Shown piece by piece: positions 10,938-23,883 of a DNA stretch of 64,000 nt; within the stretch, counting starts at the first letter, position 1, and each line of letters opens with the position of its first letter. Both the position numbers and the translations under genes were made by a program. The stretch covers positions 35,278,001-35,342,000 of the forward strand of contig CM022665.1 in NCBI GenBank assembly GCA_012295275.1, written 5' to 3'. The notes below the pieces were generated by a model that was not told the DNA's origin, searched no databases, and saw only the letters and a list, made by a program, of their open reading frames with translations. Source of the DNA: Chrysomallon squamiferum. Lineage: Eukaryota > Animalia > Mollusca.

Positions 10938-12033
10938 GGAACGTAGTTTCCTCGAGTTGGTAATGCCTAGTGCAAACCAGTATCGTTTAATGTATTTATT
11001 TATTTAAAATCATAGTACTAACAAATAAATAAATACATAAAAGATGGTAATTTGTTACTGGATTCTGTAACGGTCTTTAAGGTAAATATAAGTTTTGTCA
11101 GATTGTAAATAAATTAGTAATTAGCAAAAGAAACCGTAAAATTTCCTTAAAAGTTAAAAACTTTAAAGAAATTGTCATAACAAATTGAGTTAATAAAATT
11201 AAGTTCAGACAGTTAATATTGAGGTAATCTTGCAGTTTAGGTCTATTCCTTAATAGCAATGATTTTATTAAAAAATATTGCTTTGTTCATACGTGTATAT
11301 ATGTGTATGTATGTATATTCAATTCATATATGGAAATAAACAACTGACTGTTGGCTCTGTTTCTTCCCCCACCCGATATTGTGATACAAAAATGGAATAT
11401 GAAATCAACAGTTATGTTCTTCTCGTTATCATATTATCAGTCGATTATCATTCAAAATGTTCCTTGTTTTGAAAAAAAGCCTAATAACGCTATTAAGTCA
11501 CTGAAGAAATGTCAGTGTGATAAAATTGCATTAAAATAAAACCGGAACAAAAATATGGGAAAATAAATAAAATAAAATAAAGCCCCAAAAGTAACACGCC
11601 GTCAAAAAACAGGAACAGGTTCAGCTGGCCTGATTTCATTTAAAAGCATGGATCAAAGTGTGTTATCAGTGGTTTTGCAGAAGCTTGTGAACATGGAAAA
11701 CTACTTGTAAATGAAAAGGGGAAATTGATTGCCAAGTTTGACAAGCAAAAGCAGGTTTTTACAGTTTCATGTAACTACTAGCAGTAAAACAACAAAATTA
11801 TTGCAAAACTGTCGCTAACAAAGGGTTGATCTAAACTGCAAGATTATATAATTATTATGAATTTTAAATTTTTTTATTGCTATTAATTAATATTATTCTT
11901 TTCACCTTTAATAAAAAAAAATTTCAGATGCACCAGTAATGGATTTTATTTTATTTTTTTTGACAGTTGGAAAAAGTGTAAGGTGAATGCAGAAGAGCTA
12001 AATTATCTTAAAATAAATTCATAATATATAATC

Positions 12034-13077
12034 ATGGAGAATACTGAAAATATCCCAGAAGAAAATCATTTATCTGCATCCAGTGATATTATTAATGATC
12101 TTGAAGAACTTCAGTCTTCAGATTTAATCTCAGATGATAATTCTTATAGTACTGATGTTAATCTTCAGAATAATTCACTGATGAGTGAGAATTCTGAGCA
12201 GACCTCTTCAAATAGGCAGATTTCTGAGCAAGAGTTAAATCATTTTAGCAGTATACCTACAAATAATTTCTTCCAGCCACTTTTACATAGTTTTCAACGC
12301 AGTGAACACCACAGTAATTATGTTGAACCTATAACCAATGCAGGAAATAGTTTCCATCAGGCCACATATCCAAGAAGGTGTCTTTTATATGGTACTAATC
12401 GGTATGTTACTGTGTCTGGACATTATGAAGAACCATTGGATGAATCAGTTACTCCTTTACCAAATTTGCGTAGTGAACAGGATCGTTTACGTACCTTTGA
12501 AGGAAATTGGCCATCAAATATGACAGTGCAGATAAATCCATTTTCTCTGGCAAGAAATGGTTTTTATTATATAGGTCCTCATGACAGAGTTCGTTGTGCA
12601 TTTTGCTCTGGGGTTCTTAAGAAATGGGCCTTTGATGATGATGTTGAAACTGAACATAAAAAACATTTTCCACAATGTCCATTTATTATGGGTTATGATG
12701 TTGGCAATGTTCCAGTTGGTTTGAATGAAATATCCAAGTCAAATAATTTTATGCACAAACCTGATGTATTTGGAATTATACCTGTTTCAAAAATGAATAG
12801 TGAATCTGTGAATGAAACACCAAATGAACATACAGAGAAACTTGGCATTGTACAGAATAAACCAAAATATCCTAGATATACACTTGAAACTGATCGATTG
12901 GCAACTTTCAAGAACTGGCCAAGTCAAATAAGACAGCAACCCAAGGATTTGGCAAAGGCTGGATTATTTTACATTGGTAAAAATTGTTATATTTGACTAT
13001 TATTATTTAGAAACAATTTGTGTTGAAAAAAAAAAAAAAACAACAACAAATAAACCAAAAATATATTTTCACTTAAA

Positions 13078-13111
<34 letters not shown>

Positions 13112-14055
13112 ATGTTTTTCACAAATTCTGTTGGTCTAGAATGTGAAATGCTTCCTAAATATAATTAGTATAATTACTATTGATAATAGAATTGAGAATC
13201 TTGTTAGAGAAATTTAAAAAATTGTAATAATTGTTCAATATTGCAGAAAATATCTTTACAATTTCTCGCTCACTAAAAAACATGTAATACATTTAAGCAA
13301 TAACATTTCAGGTGATGGTGATAATGTGAAATGCTTCACTTGTGGTGGTATACTGTCTCAGTGGGAGCCAGATGATGATCCATGGGTGGAACATGCAAAA
13401 TGGTTTCCAGATTGTCAGTTTGTACGTCTTGTCAAGGGAGATAAGTACATACAAGAGATTTTGCTGGGGAAAATATCAGATGAGGTATTTTTAGTTTTAT
13501 TTCAATGTGTAGTTTTGTTAACTAACACAGATTTAAAGTATGTTATCTCATTGTTACAGATAATAGTTTCCTTTTGCCTTTGTAAAGCTGTTATTACATA
13601 ACTAATATATTGCAGATTAAGATTTGAACACGAGTTCTGAAAGAACCATGTCAATAGCTTTCATTAAAAGAAACATGTTTTGTAAACTCTTAAAAAACAA
13701 CAACAAAAAATGATACCCAGCATATTTATTATGATTATTAAATTTCTTTGTTTTAATTGAACTGAAATTGGGCAAAACAGGAGAAATGGTGATCTTGAAT
13801 GTTTTTTTTTTTTTTTTTTTAATAGCAACTTTGTAACTGTTGCTTACCATAAAGCAGCACCTTTTTTTAATTTATTTATTTACTTGTTTTGTTTTCATGC
13901 TTAACTAATATATTAAAATTTGTTACCTTTTTTCAGATAGATAGCTAAATATAGATACAGTATTAATTTTCATTTCATATTTCAAATGTCACAACGCAGA
14001 TAAATGTTAAACTAAATTGTTAAATTATATATGTCTTAATAGAGTTGATAAAAAA

Positions 14056-14106
<51 letters not shown>

Positions 14107-16191
14107 CATTCTTTCTTTCAGGAAAAATATGTTACATCCATTTCAGGTAATGAGTGATTTCATAATCCTTTTTTTTTTTTTTTTTAATGATGATTTGGGT
14201 CATAATTTAAAAAAAATTGTTTTAATATTATTTATAAATGTCAGGTCATTTAATTATATAATTATTTAATTACTGATTTAATTATGTAAGAAATATTTAT
14301 TTATTAATCTTGGTCTCTTAATCATTCAACAGTAGAATAGTAGTCTGAAACATCTTAGGATACCTTTGAGCAAAATAAGCAGATACTGGCAGTGTAGGGA
14401 ACCATAACTGAAAGAGCCACAACAGTAGTTTTTTCTTTCATTGACATAAATTTGAGTTGCCATGTTTTTGTTTTTTGTGTAATTTTTCTTATCTGCAGAG
14501 TTAAAATTTATTCTGCGTTGTTAAAAGTTATTTTAAAAAAACAATCAATGACAGCAACTTTTGTTTGGGCAGACATGCTCAATTTTTTGGTTGCTGCTAA
14601 ATAGAGAAAGAGATTTTTTATGCCAAAAATAAAATTAAAATAAGAAAGCAATTAATAAAATACAAAATAAAGGTAAACATAGTATAGGTGAATGGTGGGA
14701 TGGCTTCATTGTTGGGCTGTGGTAGGGTGTCACTTGTCCATATCCCAGTTCTGATATTAAAGAAAGGTTGATTTCTCTTGTTATGGTTAAATAAAATATT
14801 TTTATTTTAACATAACTCTGTCTATTTGCAATCAGATGCAAATAATTTTAACAAAAATAATTAGAAAGTTTAATTTTTCTTTAATTCAAATAGGGCCTGT
14901 GTTTCATTTTTTATTCATATCAGGTTAGTAGAGTTATTTTAATTTTAATTATTTTATTCTTTTTGTTTTGTTTCTGCAATGTTCTTTCAATATTTATTCA
15001 TTGTGTTGCAGGAAAACAACAAGAGCAGGACAGTGCAGCAGTTCAGGCTTTGTTACAAGATGGTTATAAAATGCAAGATGTCAGTGAAGCAATCAAATAC
15101 TTACACAAAAATGGAGGTACTGTTAATATTTTTATTAGGGTTTTTTTCCACAATTTTCTTAAATTAATACATTTATATTAGTTTTAAGAAGAATATTTTT
15201 GTAATTTTGTTCTTTTTTTCAGTTAATAGTTTTCATATTTATTATTATTATTATTTTTTTTTTTTTTAAAGAATGATTTTTGAAAATCTTTGATTATGAA
15301 ACTTTTAGACATGTTATATGATATATTCTAATATGTTTTATATTATATTTAACAGATGTTCCAGATGATGTTATTCCATCAGCTGAAAAAATATTAAAAG
15401 TTATACTTGACAATGAAATGGTAAATCGTCCTGAAGAATGTCTTAACTCTAGAAATGAAAGGGAAGTAAATATGAAAAACAGTGATTCTAAAGAGAAAGG
15501 TAATCATATATTTATATGAACATTTTTTCACATCTAACAGCATCTAGGAATGTTAACAGATAATTAGTTTAGAAAAACCCAACGTTTATGATTTGAATTA
15601 TACAGGGGAATACATTTTACATTTATCTGTATCTAGGGGTAAATAACTTATGGCTCAACATGTGCAGAGGTGGTTTTCTGTCACAGTGGAATCTGTTTAT
15701 TAATTTGTTAAACATACATTTGAAAAATGTTTCCTTTATTACATAATGGTATACTTAACATGAGTTTTAATTTTAATAAATACATGTGCGTTTAACTTAC
15801 ATTGTCAGTGATTTTAAATTTAAATTATTTCATAACTTTGACAAACTAAATCAGTGTTGATTAATAAATATATATTTCCAAGGAGATCTGTTAGTTAAAA
15901 ATGAACTCTGAGCATTCATTATTGAGTTACTTTATTTAAGTTCATTACACTTTTTTTTCATAAACTGTTTTTTTTTTTTTTACTTTTTTGATAGATATTA
16001 CTGCTTTAATAAAGGAAAATCTGGAACTGAAGGAACAGAAAAAATGTAAAATATGTTTGGATAATGAGATCAGTATCATTTTCCTCCCATGTGGTCACCT
16101 TGTCTGCTGTGCTGAATGTGCGTCATCATTGTCTGAGTGTCCAATTTGCAGAGGAGCTATCAAAGGTGCTGCCAAAGCATTTTGGGCATAG
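12034..16191 (+). CDS. inhibitor of apoptosis (IAP/BIRC family) protein, 2 BIR + UBA-like linker + C-terminal RING (~528 aa)
   Basis: Exons 12034-12976, 13312-13484, 14122-14146, 15012-15116, 15356-15499, 15995-16191 (1587 nt, phases consistent). BIR1 RLRTF...GFYY...CAFC...EHKKHFPQC, BIR2 RLATF...CFTC...EHAKWFPDC, RING CKICLD...PCGHLVCCAEC...CPICR. Confidence 0.95.
14060..14101. repeat. (TA)n microsatellite
   Basis: Perfect AT dinucleotide run just upstream of the 25-nt IAP exon. Confidence 0.9.
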
Positions 16192-18315
16192 TTAAAGGAT
16201 CAGGTGCAGAAAAACAAAATCTTTATTTTTTATGTTACAGAATTCAAACTTCATGGAAATAATCCCTTTTTATTACCATAAAAACTAGTACTAGTTTATT
16301 TTTTTTTTACGAGAAATATTTACTTTTATTTTTGGCTTTTCAAAGTATTATAGTATCTCATTCAATAATATTTTTCATTCATATTTTGGAAAAAGAAAAA
16401 AGTTATATAAAGGTCATATGAAAAGAACTTAATTTTTCCAAGATTTTTTTGTGTCATTTTGTAGTATTTGCTTCTAAATATGTATATTCCAAATCTCCAG
16501 CATTGGCCCAAAATAACAGAAAAATTTGATGAGGAAAAAGAAAGAAATTAAGGATTGATGTTATGCATTTGTATTATATTATCTGTGTACATGCTCCTCC
16601 TTTTGCAAAAAACTGAACCATTTATCTGAAGTATGTCTATATAAATTTTTAAAAGTCATGCCCAAAACTAAAAACTATTTTGTTCATTCACATTTTTTGA
16701 TATTTTGGCTAGCATGTCCACTTGAAAGGTTTATTGTATTAAATGGCTGTAATCAAATAGTCTGTGATACTTTTTCTGCCCTTCATATTGTTTTTCCTTT
16801 GAAAATAGTTCTCATAAAAATGAGAATAAGATGCAAGTCTAACATCAAATCCATCAATATTTCACATGCAGCTAATATCTTTAGTGTCCTTGTTTTATGT
16901 AACATATATGTTTTCTTACAATCTTGTGCATGCGTAAAGACTGTAAATGCTAAACCATCAAAAAGTAATATCATATCAGTGTGTTGAGAGCTTTACATAC
17001 CCAGGCTTTTATTTGTAAATGCCTTTTATGTGTCTGTGTCTGACATTTTTCAGTGGCTGAAATATAAGCTGAAGAAATGTGATATATTGCTGATTCTAAA
17101 AAAAATCAAATAATATATATGTGTACATTTTTATAAAGAAGGAAACATTTATCACTGAAACAGAATAAATATAAAAGAACATATATGTTGTATTCTTGTA
17201 AACCTGTGATTATTTATTTTATATGACTTTGGTATAGTGAGAGAAAAAAAGAGTAAGGTATAAGAAGACATTAGTGCAGTTCAAGGCTGTGCACTTGTGA
17301 GTGTAATAAAAGTGATGAAAATAAAATATAAAACAAGCTCTGAAATGTTCTGAGAAAAAAACAATAGTAGACATTAGAGCCAAGAATATTTACTAAAATG
17401 TACTTTGGAGTTACAACATCAGCAGTGTGATAAAAAGTAACTAATATTTACTGTTTGTAACGGAAAAGTTATAAAATTGTGACCCGATGGATGTGATAAC
17501 ATATATTTTGTAACTAGAGTGCATTTCAGGTCATGCTATATTACATGTTATTAAAGTAATTAACCGTCGTACTTACTGACAATGTAAATTATAAACTTGT
17601 AAATATAAAGAGATTGTTCTGTAAATGAGGTAATTGTTAACAGAGTTTGACATTATATAAGATACCAGTTGGGAATTGGTAAGTATGATAAAAACAATAA
17701 AATATTGATCAGGACATTAATGTTTATTAATGTTTCTTGGGGACATTTTTAAATATAGGATGTTTATTAATGGTTTTTTGGCACATTCTCTGTGCTGTTG
17801 TTTATTCAGTCTTGGTAATAGACATACCAGTCAAATGCAAAAGAAATCTAAGATGATGGAAATGCGTTTATTCAGTTAAAATATAATAACAATATATATC
17901 TTTTTCTTTTTTTTAAAACCTACTTAAATGTGTGAGTGTACTTTTTTATCTTTTGGACATTTAAATTTTCTAAACAATTTTGAGAAAACAAAAAGGACCA
18001 TTGTCAAATTTCAGAGAATATATATTGAATAAATATTAAACTAAATTAAAATGATTGGCTAGCTAATTATCTGATTTACTAACATGTTTTCAACTTTTGA
18101 TTTTTTTTCTTTTTCATTCTTTTTTTTAAATATTTTTCAAAATGTTGAAAGTATAAAAAAGAAAAACAAAAAACTAGAAAAAGGTACTTTTTGAGGAAAA
18201 TAATAGTCTGTTTTAAACTTTTGTCTTAAAGTAGATTTATTTCACAAGTTGCAGAGTATATATACATTTTTAAACATTTAATTATTTTAAAAATCTGTTT
18301 TATTAATTGAATATA

Positions 18316-20100
18316 CAGTGGTACCTCAGCTTATGAGTGCCCCAACTTACGAGGATTTTGAGTTACAAGCAGTCATGCTGTCAATTTTTCACTTTGAGTT
18401 GCGAGCCAAAATCCAAGTTATGAGCACACTAGTTGGTGCAATGAACAACACAGCATCTGCCCAGCTTCCTGCATCTTACTTGTTTACATCATGTGGTTAC
18501 CTTGCTGTGGAATGATCTCTGTTGTGTTGTTCTCGAGTTTTATGCAGTATTTTGCCAAATTTCCTTTTTCTGACAATGGATCCTAAGAAAGTGAATGCAA
18601 AGGACTGTGTTGAAAAGAAGAAACAGATGATGTCCATGGAAAGATGGACAAACTGCTGTTGGTGTGGTTGAAGGAGAAGCAGTTCGCAGGGGATACTGTG
18701 ATGAAGGGTATCATCTGCCAGAAGGCTCAAACCACTTATGCTGATTTACTGCAGAAAACCCCAGGAACTTCCATGGATGAAGTATCGTTTAAAGCCAGTC
18801 GGGGCTGGTTCAACAATTTTAGGAGAACTGGCATTCACTCAGTCATCAGGCATGGTGAAGCAGTGAGCTTGAATGTGAAGGTAGCTCAGGATTATCTCAA
18901 AACTTTTGCCGATATGATAAGAGCTGAAGGATACATCCCCCAGCAAGTCTTCAACTGTGATGAGACAGGGCTCTTCTGGAAAAAGATGCCAAGGAGGACT
19001 TACATAACAGCAGAAGAGAAGAAGATGCCAGGCCACAAACCCATGAACGATAGGTTTACCCTTGCACTTTGTACCAATGCGAGTGGCGACTGCAAGATCA
19101 AGCCACTGCTTGTATATCATTTGAAAAACCCCAGAATCTTTAAGTTGCATAAGATTATAAAAGAAAAACTCCAGGATATGTGAAGCTCTTCACCAAGCAC
19201 CTGTTCTGCCGCTGCTTTGAGGTGACGGTGAGCACAAACCTCACCCTTCGAGAGTTCTGATATGCCTCAGAAATATCAATATTACCTGGTAGGGTGTTAC
19301 AAGAAGGACTTTGACCTCTTTGTGGAAGAAACTGTGGCCTAATATTGTGTCTGAAAGGGACTTTGAAGGATTCAAACCCAAAGGGGCAGTGGTGAAGGAG
19401 ATTGTGACCCTTGGAAAATCCATGGGCCTGAAAGTGAATGAAGAAGATGTGAACAAGCTTATTGAGGAGTACTCCAAGGAATTGGCAACAGAGGAGTTAA
19501 ATGAGCAGCAGCATATAAAGGTTTTGCAAGAAATTGGTACTTCAGAGTGGCTAGAGGCAACAGAGATTATCTCTATAACTGAGATAAAGGAAATGCTGGG
19601 AATGTGGGAGAGACTTTCAGAGTTTATTGAAAGGAAACACCCAGATAAACTTGCAACTGGTCTGCTTCTGCACTTTATAATGACACTTGCCTAACATATT
19701 TCCAAAACATTCTGAAAGGGAGGACAAAACAAACCTTCATAGAAAGTTTTTTTTATTGAAACACCATGCAGAAGGAAGTGAGGAAAGCATAGCAAAATGG
19801 ACAAAAATCAGTAAATTAAGTGAAAGTAAAGTGAAAAGAAATTAGCAATTGTTAGGCCAAGTTGTCTGATCTCCAAAATAAATACTTTACAAAACCAGTT
19901 TATTTCTTTACATTCTCTTTTGTTTTTTATACAATATTTGTCATTTATAAATACATTTCTTATTTAAAAACATGTAACAAAATTTTTTTTTTTAAAAATG
20001 GGATTATTTTTGGTGGGCTGGAACTGATTTGATATACGAGCATTTTGAATTATGAGCTCAGTTATGGAACGAATTAAACTCGTAAGTTAAGGTACCACTA
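18316..20100 (+). mobile_element. Tigger/pogo-family DNA transposon, internally deleted, non-autonomous
   Basis: TIRs CAGTGGTACCTCAGCTTATGAG (18316) and CTCGTAAGTTAAGGTACCACTA (ends 20100), flanked by TA dinucleotides. GC is higher than in the flanks and the element contains transposase fragments. Confidence 0.95.
18576..19750 (+). pseudogene. disrupted Tigger transposase (CENP-B HTH + partial DDE_1)
   Basis: MDPKKVNAKD...KKKQMMSME, then a frameshift to MDKLLLVW...FKASRGWF...HGEA...VFNCDETGLFWKKMP...KPLLVYH. Near 19180 it jumps directly to KLFTKHLF..., missing the segment with the second and third catalytic Asp, and carries stops before WKKLWP. Confidence 0.9.
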
Positions 20101-20631
20101 TATATATTCAATTAATAAAACATTTTTAAAATACTTAATATATATAAAACCTTTAAATATTTTTCTCTAGAGATTATATTATAAAAAAGAAAAATGTTTT
20201 TGAAAAAGTTTAAAAATTCCTGTGAGACTTAAGAAGAAACATGATTAACTATAGTTTAGCATTTTAATGCTTAAATGTTAACTCATACGATGTACCATAT
20301 TAGAACATAAAAAAAAAAAAAAGAGAGAAGAGCAAATAAAAAAATAAAAATGTGGATAAACTAAGATATATTAACTGAAAATAATAAATTGAATATTAAA
20401 AAACAAAACAAGTCTTTAATTTCTATTGTGTATGTGAATTATGATAGATAAAAGGTCTTTGTTTTAAAAAGACTTGAATGTAAAAGTGTTATGAGAAATA
20501 CTTTTTAAAATGTTTTTCTTTTAATGTTATTAATTATTTAGAGTAGTTACTTGTAGTGATTATTAATCTTATTTTATTGGTTTTATAATTTGTAACACAC
20601 ACACACACATATATATATACACATACATATG

Positions 20632-20856
20632 CAGGGTGGCAATAAAGTCACTATACAGTTACTTTTAATAAAAAAGCAAAGGAATGGAGTTCAAACAGTA
20701 TCAGTAATTAATTTACTATTGTTTACCATAGCATTTTATTGTTATTAATCAGAATTAAACAGAACCACTTTAATAATAAATTTCTGGACTGCTGATTAAT
20801 TGCTTTGTCATAATTATTATTGTAAGTAACTGTATAGTGACTTTATTGCCACCCTC
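20632..20856. mobile_element. Tc1/mariner-type MITE (~225 bp)
   Basis: ~32-bp TIRs CAGGGTGGCAATAAAGTCACTATACAGTTACTT / AAGTAACTGTATAGTGACTTTATTGCCACCCT, embedded in TA/CA microsatellite. Confidence 0.75.
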
Positions 20857-20877
20857 TCTTTCTCTCCCTATATATAT

Positions 20878-20912
<35 letters not shown>

Positions 20913-20983
20913 GGCAATAAAGTCACTATACAGTTACTTACAATAATAATTATGACAAAGCAATTAATCAGCAGTCCAGAAAT
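20780..20983. repeat. perfect ~80-bp inverted repeat with microsatellite loop
   Basis: 20780-20859 is the exact reverse complement of 20904-20983; the spacer is CT/TA/GA repeats. Confidence 0.9.
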
Positions 20984-22289
20984 GTATATATATAAATTCA
21001 CACACACATACATATGTGTATATATATATATATGTTCGCACTGGTTTTGTAAGTGAATACTGCATTAAGCTACTATTTGTTAAAAATATGCTATTTTTCA
21101 ATTCTAATATAATCTACCACATTTCAATATCCATAAGACAGATAACAGTTTTCCTAGAATGGCATAACTGTCCTTGGTTTCCATGAATCTAAATGTCAAC
21201 ATCATGAAATAAATTTGGCATATATTTGGAACAAGTAGATTAGAAAGAGTAATCTTTGAATATCGGAAGTCTCTCTGATGGCAGGAGATAGATTTAATCA
21301 GCTCATTGTCATTTGTACGTAGTACTGATAAATGTAATCGTGTTGAGGTCAACAATTTTAAATAAGAACTTTTCAGTTGCACTGTTCAGAGTACTTTTAC
21401 AGTTCAGTAATATAAATATTACTTTCTAAAATGTCATGATTACTCTTCAAATTAATTAATGAAGATAATGTTCCAATAGGTTTCCAGTTGTTTGATATAA
21501 GAAAACAGATTTTAAAAAGTTAGTCATTAGAGCAGGATGCACTCAGTATTTTTCCAAATTATGTGTTTTTATTTTCTACATATTGATTTTATAATTAATT
21601 TGTTTTGATGTTGATTTTTAATAATAAAGTTATAGTAGAAAAAAAATTAGTTTTTGTTCTCTCATTGAAACTTGAAAAAGATTGTTACATAAGGAAAAAT
21701 GAACTATACCAGGTAATGTTTAATGGGTGTTTCTTTTTTTTCTTTTTATTATTATTATTACTTTAAAAGGAGATGGGTAAATTATATGCTTATGAACCTT
21801 GTAAAATGAAGCAAAATGGTTTCTGTAAATATTTGATGTATTGTCATCACATATGTGTCTCTTTGTTTTTCCCATGAACTGCATAAATTTGCCCGTTTAC
21901 TTTGCAAGAATGATGTGCCACAAAAAATATAATTCATTAGAAAAATCAGTTTTGAATTTCAGATGTTAAAGATAGTTTTATTGTCTAATTATTGTGACAT
22001 GTATCTACAGTAAAAGGAATTTCATGAGCTTGGAATACTTCAGTATTGTTTGCAATGTTAACTACTACTAGTTAGAGAAGCTGTACTGCCACCAAGTATT
22101 GCACACTCTGTAGTGATGTTAGTGAAAATTATCAGGTTATTACTCAAATGTACTGAGGTGTTACAGATGAGGCACAAGTCCTGAACAACACCTGAAGAGG
22201 GCACTACTGAGCAGTTTCTTTTATGGTAAAGTTTTCTAAAAGATGACTGTCAGATGTTTGTACAGTGGTGGAATTTCAGTGCTTGACAT

Positions 22290-22768
22290 CAGAGCTGGGT
22301 TTAGACCTTGGGAGACCAAGGCCACTTAAGGTTTGAGAGAACATAGAAAATAAATTACATGACAAATAAAAAATAATAAAAAAAACCTCAAATGAATAAT
22401 AAACTGCATTTCTTTGAAAAAAAATTTAGGTTCCAAAGAAGACATACCATTTTGTTTTTCTCAGTTTTATTGACTGTAAGAATAACTTTAAAATCAAATT
22501 TCAGTTTGTAATTTAGGCCAAAGTGAAATAAATCACTAGTGACCATATAAAGTATGAAGTGTTGTGTTATGCATATCAATCTTAAATTGTTCTATCTTAA
22601 TAGTGCTGTATAATGATATTAACTATATTAATATACATGGTTAATTCTTTTAGGTAATAAAACTAATTTTATAATTATTACATTTTTTATAAAGGAAGCC
22701 TGGGGGCGTCTCTGGAAGGGGAGTCTGGGATGACTGTCCCATGTTGCCCCCTTGTAAATCGGGCCCTG
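22290..22768. mobile_element. old non-autonomous hAT-type element (MITE)
   Basis: Decayed TIRs CAGAGCTGGGTTTA... / ...TAAATCGGGCCCTG, GC-rich subterminal blocks, and an 8-bp TSD CTTGACAT (22282-22289) / CTTGCCAT (22769-22776), 7/8 identical. Confidence 0.65.
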
Positions 22769-23699
22769 CTTGCCATAGGTGCAATTTTCCATAGATACGT
22801 CCTTGTAGAAATGTATTCATATGAATGTAAATGTCATTGTTTTGTCCTTTGATGCTGACAAGTTTAGAATGATGTATTCTCAGCTGAAGCCTGATATACT
22901 TTCTGTCATCATAGTAACATTAAACTCAAACTGGTAATATTACATTATATTATATTGGTATGTTGCTTTTGTACTTTAATTGTTTCAAAGACTACAGGTG
23001 GACAAGAATAAATCTTGAATACAATAGTAGTCTTAAAACTGGTAACTTTTGCAACTTAGTAGCTGTTGCTTTGATGAGGTTCATAATAGTTATTTTGTAA
23101 ATGAGCAACTCTTCAATATGTAGATTATGCAGCACACGTGTTTGTATAAATCTTTTCCAACACATCTTGAGGAAAGATGTTTTGTGCTAAAATACTCAAA
23201 TTATCTTAATATGCCTTTAATGTGAACAAATATTAATAGTTTGCATTATTTTTATTTCAAACAACAAAATGACCATAACTGGGGGTTTTTTTATGTTATA
23301 AATTAATTTCCAACATTGTTTTCTTAATATAAAATAACACTCGTAAACATAAAACTGTCAGCAGCTCATATTTATATGAAATGTTCTAATTTTAAATGAT
23401 GTTTTAACACTTGTATATTGAAGTACATGTTCTGTTTGACCTAATGGTATTATTTTGTCTAATGCTATGTGTGTGTGTGTGGTTCATTTTCATTTAGGCT
23501 ATTTTATATTAAAGTTTATATTTTACGTTAAATATACAAATATTAAATAATAATTAAAAATAAATATAAATTTTATTATTATTATTATTATTATTATTAC
23601 ATATAACTTTATACTGATATATTCGATTTAACATCATTTCAAAACAAGGAAATAAAATAATAATAATAATAAATAAAAACGAAAATAAAAATAAAACAA

Positions 23700-23883
23700 A
23701 AAGGAAAAGGCAAGGGAAGTAATCAGCAAAGACCTGCCAGATGTCGCTAACAAAAATCAAACAAAAATAAGTATGGCGCTAAAGGTTGAGGTCGTGAAAT
23801 GATTGCGGAAAACCTGTGAATTGTATTTTTATTCTTTTCTTAAAAAGGGATATATTTTGGATAATGTATTAACACAGAATATT
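23700..23883 (+). promoter_or_regulatory. probable MICAL promoter and non-coding first exon
   Basis: CpG-containing patch with CTCF-like CCTGCCAGATGTCGCT (23733) and YY1-like AAGTATGGCG, ending in a GTAAGT donor at 23884. Confidence 0.5.

Noticed and set aside
11065-11084. Resemblance to the LSU rRNA/I-CeuI site (TAACGGTC..TAAGGTA)
   Set aside because: Short and imperfect, with no flanking rRNA homology; better explained as a splice donor.
11600-11790. Coding-like, more GC-rich stretch in the first IAP intron
   Set aside because: All frames are short or interrupted and no protein family was recognised.
21104-21382. 92-aa minus-strand ORF
   Set aside because: Non-ATG start, no recognisable domain or splice context.
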